Assembly: GCA_964433435.1 (NCBI GenBank)
Contig: CAYSRM010000003.1
Location: 1-62,926, forward strand
Reading direction: 5' to 3'
DNA from: an uncultured Victivallales bacterium
GTDB lineage: Bacteria; Verrucomicrobiota; Kiritimatiellia; UBA8416; CAYSRM01
Length of the DNA: 62,926 nucleotides
The translations under genes and the position numbers were made by a program. Below the pieces are notes generated by a model, which did not search any database, had not been told where the DNA came from, and saw nothing but the letters and a program-made list of their open reading frames with translations. This document shows, one piece after another, positions 56,687-62,926 of this stretch (positions are counted from its first letter, which is position 1; each line of letters starts with the position of its first letter).

Positions 56687-56718
56687 TAACCTGATCTATT
56701 CATGAAAAAAGCCAAGCA
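56687..56718 (+). repeat. MITE family 2 terminal module (solo end)
   Basis: TA+ACCTGATCTATTCATGAAAAAAGCCAAGCA. Bases 56690-56718 are identical to 41920-41948. Confidence 0.8.
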
Positions 56719-56785
56719 GGTTGTAAATGCAGCAAGAGATGCAAGTAGTTATTGATAAAGCGTCTGGATATCGGCGTTTTCATGT

Positions 56786-57934
56786 TCAGCACGGCGGAGT
56801 GTTTTCGGAACATATTCTTCTGTAAAGGGTTTCCATTTCCTTTACTGTTTTTTTGCCGTCGAATGAGCGAGATCTGATCTCGGCATAGTGGCTGAGCTTT
56901 TCTCCAAGTTGCCGGTTGTTTATTACTTTCCGCAGACAGTCGGCCAAAGCTTTTGTATCGCCTGCTTTATAAACAAGCGCATCGCGTCCGTTCTCAAGCA
57001 CTTCTGCCTGGCCGTCAGTGTCTGATGCCACGATACGGTTTCCGACGGCAAGAGCTTCGAAAAGGGTGTTGGGGGTTCCTTCCATATGGCTGGGAAAAAC
57101 CTGGATGTCAAAGCACTGAATGATTTCAATTGCGTTATTTACAAAACCAAGAAAAGTCACTTTTTCGCTCATTTCATTGGTTGAAAGCCATTGCTTGAGG
57201 CGGGGCAGGTAATCTCCGTCGCCCGCGACCCATATCTGCAGGGACGGCTGTTTATCAAGGATATTTTTGACTGCAGTAAAAAGGTCGATATGTCCTTTAT
57301 GGCTTACAATGCGTCCAACGATGCCTATAACCGTCTGAGAGTCGGTGATGCCGTGTTTTTCCCGTATTTCCCGACGCTTGCCGGTTGAGATAATGCTGAT
57401 TTTCTCAAGGGGCAGTCCGTTATACACTACTTTCACTGTTTCTTCGGGAATATGGCGCTGTTTGATCATGAAATCCGCCGTGGATTTTGAGACAGCAAGG
57501 GCATAACGGGTGCGCGGACCGAGAATATATTCCACAGGTCTCATCGGCAACGGCGTTTTTCTGTAGTTGGCCCGGCCGTGTACAATTACGGGAATGTTTT
57601 TAATATGACCTGCTACTCTGGCCCACATTGAGGCGCCGAAGCCGTGCGCATGAATTATCCGGACGTTTTCCCGTTTCACGATAGCCAGGAGACTTGATAG
57701 ATTGCGAGGATCAAATTTTCCATGTGCCAGGTAGAGCGGACGGGAACCTTGTGCCTCCATCTGTTCGGCAGCTTTGTCGTGTCCTTTTCTGCTGCATAGG
57801 ACAATTCTGAATTCGGAGGCATCGAATAGGGGTAGCCACCATTGGAATGTTCTGGCTACGCCGTGAAGAGAGGCGGATTTGCCTCCGAAGTGTTCGCACA
57901 GGTGCAAAATTGTTATGCGGTTATCTACATTCAT
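56786..57934 (-). CDS. GT4-family glycosyltransferase
   Basis: HAHG, VVYNGL, VGRIVSHKG and FPSHMEGTPNTLFEA. Confidence 0.9.
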   Translation of the reverse strand: MNVDNRITILHLCEHFGGKSASLHGVARTFQWWLPLFDASEFRIVLCSRKGHDKAAEQMEAQGSRPLYLAHGKFDPRNLSSLLAIVKRENVRIIHAHGFGASMWARVAGHIKNIPVIVHGRANYRKTPLPMRPVEYILGPRTRYALAVSKSTADFMIKQRHIPEETVKVVYNGLPLEKISIISTGKRREIREKHGITDSQTVIGIVGRIVSHKGHIDLFTAVKNILDKQPSLQIWVAGDGDYLPRLKQWLSTNEMSEKVTFLGFVNNAIEIIQCFDIQVFPSHMEGTPNTLFEALAVGNRIVASDTDGQAEVLENGRDALVYKAGDTKALADCLRKVINNRQLGEKLSHYAEIRSRSFDGKKTVKEMETLYRRICSENTPPC

Positions 57935-57952
57935 GGGACAGCACTGATAGAA

Positions 57953-58717
57953 TCAGGATTTTTGGGGTGTATTTTTCCGTGTTCTGATTATTTTCGCCGG
58001 CACACCGGCAGCCACGCTCCCGGCGTGCAGATTTTTTGTTACCACGGCTCCTGCGCCGACTAGTGAGTGATCTTCTATTTCAACGCCGTCCAAAATCTTT
58101 GCTCCCGCTCCCATCCAGCAGTCTTTGCCTATGATGATTCCACTGGATGTCACGTTCTGTTTTGCGATCGGGGTTGTACTGTCTGAACTCGCGTGCCCTC
58201 CGCCTATTACGTAGCAGTATGCCGAAAGGAGCGTGTCCGCGCCAATTGTCACTTTGCTGCCCGAAAAGACCTCGGCATTGAAGCCGATGTTTACTCCATC
58301 TTCGAGAATGATGTCGCCTTCTTTGCAGCTTAGAATCGAATTCCTTCCCAGGAAGCATCCGGAGCCCATCTCTATTCCTTTATTTTTGCGTCCTTTTGCA
58401 TCGATAAGGCAGTTGTCGTCGATAACTGCATCGTCTCCTATGCAGATCTTGTGCGGGTGCCTCAGGACAACGTTTGAACCGAAAATCACATTCTTCCCGC
58501 AGCGCCCGAGTAAAGAAGGATACAGTTTGGAACGCATCCACAGGCCAAGAGCGCCGGGCAGTCTGGAACAGAACAGGACTATAAGCTCATATTTGACAAA
58601 GCTGCAGAAGCCTTTCTTCCCGATAACCAACTCGCAGTATCTGTCGAATCTGGAATGGCTTTCATTAGTGATCTCATTCTGGATCATGACGCTGTCTTCT
58701 CGGGATATCTCGCTCAT
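57953..58717 (-). CDS. Hexapeptide-repeat (LbH) acyltransferase
   Basis: Repeated [IV]G-X4 hexapeptides, 'IGKDCWMG' and 'GAGAVVTK...AGVPAK'. Confidence 0.9.
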   Translation of the reverse strand: MSEISREDSVMIQNEITNESHSRFDRYCELVIGKKGFCSFVKYELIVLFCSRLPGALGLWMRSKLYPSLLGRCGKNVIFGSNVVLRHPHKICIGDDAVIDDNCLIDAKGRKNKGIEMGSGCFLGRNSILSCKEGDIILEDGVNIGFNAEVFSGSKVTIGADTLLSAYCYVIGGGHASSDSTTPIAKQNVTSSGIIIGKDCWMGAGAKILDGVEIEDHSLVGAGAVVTKNLHAGSVAAGVPAKIIRTRKNTPQKS

Positions 58718-58799
58718 AGTGTCAATATATTGATGATTATGCCTGAGATGTCGAGGAAATAGCAGTATTGGGATGTGGGATGTGGGGAGGGGAGAGAAA

Positions 58800-59090
58800 A
58801 TAAACTACGAAAGGCGCTGAAGGATGCGAAAGGGCAGCAGGTTGGGGGACAACCTGCTGTATTGTGGGGAGAAGAAGGAAGAGAATATCCAATGATGAAC
58901 ACGGAATATCCAATGATGAAGGGGAAAGAGCCACGTCAGCGATGATATCGCTAAGTGGCCACTTGCCGCAGGGCGGCGACGTGGAAGAGATAAACTACGA
59001 ACGGCGCTGAAGGACGCGAAATTTCTGCAAAGGTTTGAGGAAAAGAAGAAGTGAACCGCGAATGAACGCTAATGGGAAAGGAAGAAGTGT
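58800..59090 (+). repeat. Purine-rich intergenic repeat block (family 3)
   Basis: 32-bp direct repeat at 58800-58831 and 58990-59021 (2 mismatches), the hairpin at 58835-58859, and a 42-bp unit (58881-58922) also found at 62873-62914. Confidence 0.7.
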
Positions 59091-59112
59091 TGCAGTCGTT
59101 GCGCCGGGGTTA

Positions 59113-59311
59113 GCCCGCATATCTCACAGAATTTCGTAGCTGCCTGTCCGCCATCCGGCGGAAGAGCGTGGAGAGTGCCGCTGCGGGGGTGCAAATTGGT
59201 GAAACGCCGGAGCAGCCGTATAGACATACTGCAATCTGGCGTTTTGTCAATTCGTGCCGTCGCAGTAGTGCTATCCGCGCTCGCAGCAGGAATTCTGTGA
59301 GATATGCGGGC
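59113..59311. mobile_element. MITE family 1, full 199-bp copy flanked by TA
   Basis: TIRs GCCCGCATATCTCACAGAATT...AATTCTGTGAGATATGCGGGC, TA at 59111-59112 and 59312-59313, and an internal hairpin TCCGCC-ATCC-GGCGGA. Confidence 0.88.
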
Positions 59312-60327
59312 TAGAGCCAGCCGTTTTTGAGGTACCACTTTGTTGTTGTCACAAGTCCTTTTTCGTTGGAATACACGGGTTCATAGCCCAGTGTGTTGCG
59401 CAGCTTGGAAATGTCGAAGGAGCGGTCCTTGGTGAAAAACGCGACACGGCGGGGATAGATGGGCGGTTCGATTCCAAGCGGCTTGCAAAGAAGCTCGCAA
59501 ACGTAACCTGCGCAGAAAAAGGGCCAGGCGGGCAGGCGGATAACATGGAGTTTTCTACCTATTGTTTTAGCTATGATGTGCGCCATTTCTTCCAGAGGAA
59601 TACTTTCGGGGTTGCCACAGATAAAGACCTCATCTTCAGCAACAGGATGGTTTGCCGCAAGCGCGATTATGTTGGTGAGGTCTTCGACATGAATAAGGTG
59701 ATAGAGACACTTGCCCTTGCCAAGCAGTGGGAAGAATTTCCACTTAGCCATCTTGAACACTTTGAGTAGCCGGCGGTCGCCGGGACCGTAAATTGCCGCG
59801 GGCCTGAGCACGGTAAACGGCAGTTTTTTTTCTTTTGCGAAATCGCGGAGCCAAAGTTCAGCTTCAGCTTTTGTTTTCTGATAGATATCGGCCGGTTTTA
59901 TGGGGTATTCCTCGTCGGCGGGCGGGTTCTCAATATGGCTATGGACTCCCACTGTTGATATATGGACGAACCTTTTGAAGCCGGGGTTCTTAAGAGCTTG
60001 ATCCGCCAGTAACTGCGTACTGTTTACGTGTACGTTCCAATAGTCCCGGTTGGAAAGTTTCGCTTCGCGGTACGCTGCGGCTACATGGAAAATATATTTG
60101 CAGCCTTTGGCGGCTGCGGCGACAGTGTCCGGATCGAACACATCGCCACGGAACCAGTTGACTTCGATGTCCGACAATTCTTCGATCTTCGAGGACTGCC
60201 GCGCGATGGCATTGATCTTCAGTCCGGCTTCAGAAAGCTTATGAGTCAGGAGTGAGCCCGTGAAGCCGGTGGCCCCGGTAACAAGCACGCGGGTCCCGGG
60301 TTCTATGTTGCAATATTCAGTGTTCAT
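59311..60327 (-). CDS. NAD-dependent epimerase/dehydratase (extended SDR)
   Basis: VTGATGFTG, FHVAA, HIST, YQKTK (YxxxK) and LRPAAIYGPGD. Confidence 0.9.
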   Translation of the reverse strand: MNTEYCNIEPGTRVLVTGATGFTGSLLTHKLSEAGLKINAIARQSSKIEELSDIEVNWFRGDVFDPDTVAAAAKGCKYIFHVAAAYREAKLSNRDYWNVHVNSTQLLADQALKNPGFKRFVHISTVGVHSHIENPPADEEYPIKPADIYQKTKAEAELWLRDFAKEKKLPFTVLRPAAIYGPGDRRLLKVFKMAKWKFFPLLGKGKCLYHLIHVEDLTNIIALAANHPVAEDEVFICGNPESIPLEEMAHIIAKTIGRKLHVIRLPAWPFFCAGYVCELLCKPLGIEPPIYPRRVAFFTKDRSFDISKLRNTLGYEPVYSNEKGLVTTTKWYLKNGWL

Positions 60328-60394
60328 GTTGCGTTGCCGTTTTTTGTCCGTATTTGTGCAGATTTTGAACCGCGAATAATGCGAATCAGAAAAT

Positions 60395-61126
60395 TTATCT
60401 TTCCTGCCGTTTCAAATGGGTGATTACAGGGGAGCCGAACAGTTTCGTCAATCCTATTATTTGAAATGTTTTTTCCATTGCCGCGGAGAGGGTGGCGCAT
60501 CGGAGAGAGCGGTGGAGTGCCATTGGCAGGAAAAATTCGCCCATACGGTGGTTGAGTGTGAACCCTTCTTGCTTAAAAGTATGCTCGATTTCCTGGTGTC
60601 TGAAAAGGGCGAACGGGCGGGTGTTTCCTTCGATTTTCTTCTTTGCGCCGAACAACGCTCCTGCGAACTTGTTCAGGCTTTGTGTGGTCGGATAATCAAC
60701 GATTACCGAATCAGCGCTTACCCGGCAAAGCTCTTTTACCAGTTCTGACCAGTCCGGACAGTGTGGCAGCAGACGGAAGCATATCACAGCATCAAAGGCT
60801 TTGTCGGCGAAGGGGAGACGTGTTTGTTTATTAAGCACAAAGGATATGTTGCCGGATTTGATAAGCGGCTCGATGCGGTTTGCGCATGAGGGCGCGCTGC
60901 CGGTTACTATTACCGGATAGCCCAGTTTTGCCAGTGGCACAGCAAGCTGGCCGTGCCCGCCGCCCACATCGAGAATTCCTGAGGGGCTCACATCCTGTAT
61001 CATTGACAGAGTGATGTGTTCCTGTATCCGCAGCATCCATCGGCCAGTGGAGCCGCAGAATCTTTGCGCGTAGTCTTCGGAAGCAGTTTCAATATCGGCA
61101 GGGTCGTGATTTTGATCAGATATCAT
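60395..61126 (-). CDS. Class I SAM-dependent methyltransferase
   Basis: ILDVGGGHGQ, LPFADKAFDAV and ELCRVS. Confidence 0.82.
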   Translation of the reverse strand: MISDQNHDPADIETASEDYAQRFCGSTGRWMLRIQEHITLSMIQDVSPSGILDVGGGHGQLAVPLAKLGYPVIVTGSAPSCANRIEPLIKSGNISFVLNKQTRLPFADKAFDAVICFRLLPHCPDWSELVKELCRVSADSVIVDYPTTQSLNKFAGALFGAKKKIEGNTRPFALFRHQEIEHTFKQEGFTLNHRMGEFFLPMALHRSLRCATLSAAMEKTFQIIGLTKLFGSPVITHLKRQER

Positions 61127-61146
61127 ATTGTTTTCTGTTGTTTGAT

Positions 61147-61908
61147 TTATAAGTTGCAGGGAAGGCTCTTAAATAATTGCGACCGTAGGATTCCCATCCT
61201 CGTCAGTCGGAATCGTATTGCTGTGCTCAAGCAGCCGAAACCGTATTTGACGCTTCGACAGAAATTGATGGAAGACGCTTCGGGGAAATAACTGGTCGGG
61301 CAACTTATTTCTGCGATGGTGTAGCCCATCCATAGGATCTGAGACAGCATCTGATTGTCGAAAACAAAATCGTCTGAATTTCTTTCCATCGGGATTTTTT
61401 CGAGTAGCTCGCGCGAGAATGCGCGGTAACCGGTGTGGTACTCTGAGAGCTTTGCTCCCAAAAGGATGTTTTCGAACAGGGTCAGAAAACGGTTGGACAC
61501 GTATTTCCATATAGGCATTCCATCCCTGACCGCGTGGCCTCCGAGAATGCGTGAGCCAAGGACGCAATGGTAAAGTCCGTTGGCGATCATGTGCGCCATA
61601 GCAGGAATGAGTTTCGGTGTATACTGGTAATCCGCATGTACCATAACAACTATGTCGGCGCCTGTTTTCAGAGCGTTGTGATAGCATGTCTTCTGGTTGC
61701 CTCCGTAGCCGAGGTTTTTTTTGTGGACGACTACTGTGGTTTTGGGAAGACTCCTTGCTATCTCGGCGGTACGGTCTGAACTCGCGTCGTCGACTACAAT
61801 AACATGGTCGACAATGTCCTGGCCCATTACTTCGGAGTGGGTTTGTTTCAATGTCGATTCCGCATTGTAAGCAGGCATTAAAACCGCCACTTTTTTATCA
61901 CGTATCAT
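61147..61908 (-). CDS. GT2 glycosyltransferase, polyprenyl-phosphate (DPM1-like) type
   Basis: VLMPAYNAE, VDDASSD, NLGYGGNQK, HADYQY, LGSR and DDFVFD. Confidence 0.9.
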   Translation of the reverse strand: MIRDKKVAVLMPAYNAESTLKQTHSEVMGQDIVDHVIVVDDASSDRTAEIARSLPKTTVVVHKKNLGYGGNQKTCYHNALKTGADIVVMVHADYQYTPKLIPAMAHMIANGLYHCVLGSRILGGHAVRDGMPIWKYVSNRFLTLFENILLGAKLSEYHTGYRAFSRELLEKIPMERNSDDFVFDNQMLSQILWMGYTIAEISCPTSYFPEASSINFCRSVKYGFGCLSTAIRFRLTRMGILRSQLFKSLPCNL

Positions 61909-62723
61909 ATTGATTTCTGTTTCCCGTCCGCCTGTTGAATCTGGTGAGGGTCTGATTTCATGGCTTGATTTGAGCGGTTAGCTTCCCAGAGTTTTGAGTA
62001 TTTGGCGAAGACCCCGAACGCGCTGTTGGCTGCTATGACGAAACCGGGGAAGCCGTCCATAAACCCTCGTTTCAGAATATAGCTTCGGAAGAATTTAAAC
62101 ATCGGCCGGAACAGAATGTCTATGAACCGGAATTTCTTGCTGTCTGCCGCCCACCCGGTTGCAGTGATTGTTGAAAAGCGGTTCAGGGTTGCGACCTGTT
62201 CCGCAATATTTTTGTAAGTATAATGGTACATGTGTCCATGCAGTCTTTTGATCGGTCCATCCACCGTGATCCTGTCGTGCGGTTCTCTTCCGCCACATGT
62301 GCCTTTTTCTTTGCGGAAGAGCCTGAGCTTCAAATCCGGATACCAGTCTCCATGAGTGATCCATCTCCCAAGATAATGGACCATGCGGGGGAAGGAGTAT
62401 CCTGCCACCTTGTTGCAACTGCCGCTGTTAAATTCATTAAGTATTTCATCGCGGAGTTCTTCGGAGATTTCTTCGTCGGCGTCTATAAAAAGGATCCAGG
62501 GACCTGATGCCAGGTCTTTGATGAGGTTTTTCTGGCCGATATAGCCGAGCCAGCGATGTCGATATACAAGGTCGGTGTACTCCTTGCAGATGTTCACTGT
62601 GTTATCGACGCTGAAACTGTCGGCCACGACTATCTCGTTGGCCCATTTTACGCTTTCCAGGCATCGCCGGATATTTTTTTCCTCGTTGCCTGTTGTTATG
62701 CAGACCGATATTTTTTCAGCCAT
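61905..62723 (-). CDS. GT2 glycosyltransferase (WaaE/KdtX-like)
   Basis: ISVCITTGNEE, DSFSVDNT, IDADE, WYPD..LRLF and PH. The true start is probably ATG 62723, because the longer ORF runs through repeat DNA. Confidence 0.88.
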   Translation of the reverse strand: MAEKISVCITTGNEEKNIRRCLESVKWANEIVVADSFSVDNTVNICKEYTDLVYRHRWLGYIGQKNLIKDLASGPWILFIDADEEISEELRDEILNEFNSGSCNKVAGYSFPRMVHYLGRWITHGDWYPDLKLRLFRKEKGTCGGREPHDRITVDGPIKRLHGHMYHYTYKNIAEQVATLNRFSTITATGWAADSKKFRFIDILFRPMFKFFRSYILKRGFMDGFPGFVIAANSAFGVFAKYSKLWEANRSNQAMKSDPHQIQQADGKQKSI

Positions 62724-62834
62724 CAGTAAATCCTTCGGTTTACGCTGAAATGTACATACCGGAGCGCGTTGTGTCAACGCGCTGGTAGCATGGGAGGGGG
62801 GAAGAGTGTGGGATGTGGCCCCGATCATTCGATG

Positions 62835-62926
62835 GGGTTGGCTTCGCCAAGAAGGGGGTGAGGGGAGCAGGAGAGAATATCCAATGATGAACACGGAATG
62901 TTCAATGATGAAGGAAGAAGGGAAGA
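62835..62926 (+). repeat. Purine-rich intergenic repeat block (family 3), cut by the window end
   Basis: 62873-62914 matches 58881-58922 at 40/42 positions. It is preceded by a TTGGC-TTC-GCCAA hairpin. Confidence 0.7.

Noticed and set aside
58881-58922. Repeated GAATATCCAATGATGAA units as a possible CRISPR array
   Set aside because: Only two units at a 21-bp period with a 4-bp gap, no spacers of CRISPR size and no cas genes.
62724-62894. 57-aa N-terminal extension of the last GT2, and the ORF at 58714-58902
   Set aside because: Both begin MFIIGYSL because they read through the same repeat. These are artefacts of family 3.

Overview
A bacterial window. The pilin style suggests a PVC-superphylum organism (Kiritimatiellota/Verrucomicrobiota-like); this is inference only. 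Bases 1-11.4 kb hold a type IV pilus module: a TMTC-like GT-C/TPR gene cut by the window edge, a pilin with a consensus sigma-54 promoter, a PilR/NtrC-type activator, PilC, PilB, a stand-alone PilB-N-terminal-domain/TPR protein, an ExeA/ExeB-like pair and an ABC transporter plus TPR trio. From 12 kb to the end is a roughly 50 kb surface-glycan locus. It has 6-7 GT-C-like integral membrane transferases, three polyprenyl-phosphate-type GT2s, several GT4s and two Wzx flippases, with no recognisable Wzy/Wzz/Wza. It also has a neuB-formyltransferase-deacetylase-neuA-neuC nonulosonic acid cassette and many tailoring enzymes (2 sulfotransferases, 3 methyltransferases, amidotransferase, GNAT, acyltransferase, 2 deacetylases). 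Two families of TA-flanked non-autonomous MITE-like elements are present. One disrupts a VapC toxin, and the other sits in stop codons. A purine-rich intergenic repeat family also occurs. No rRNA, tRNA, CRISPR array or transposase was seen. All family assignments are by motif recognition, not database search.
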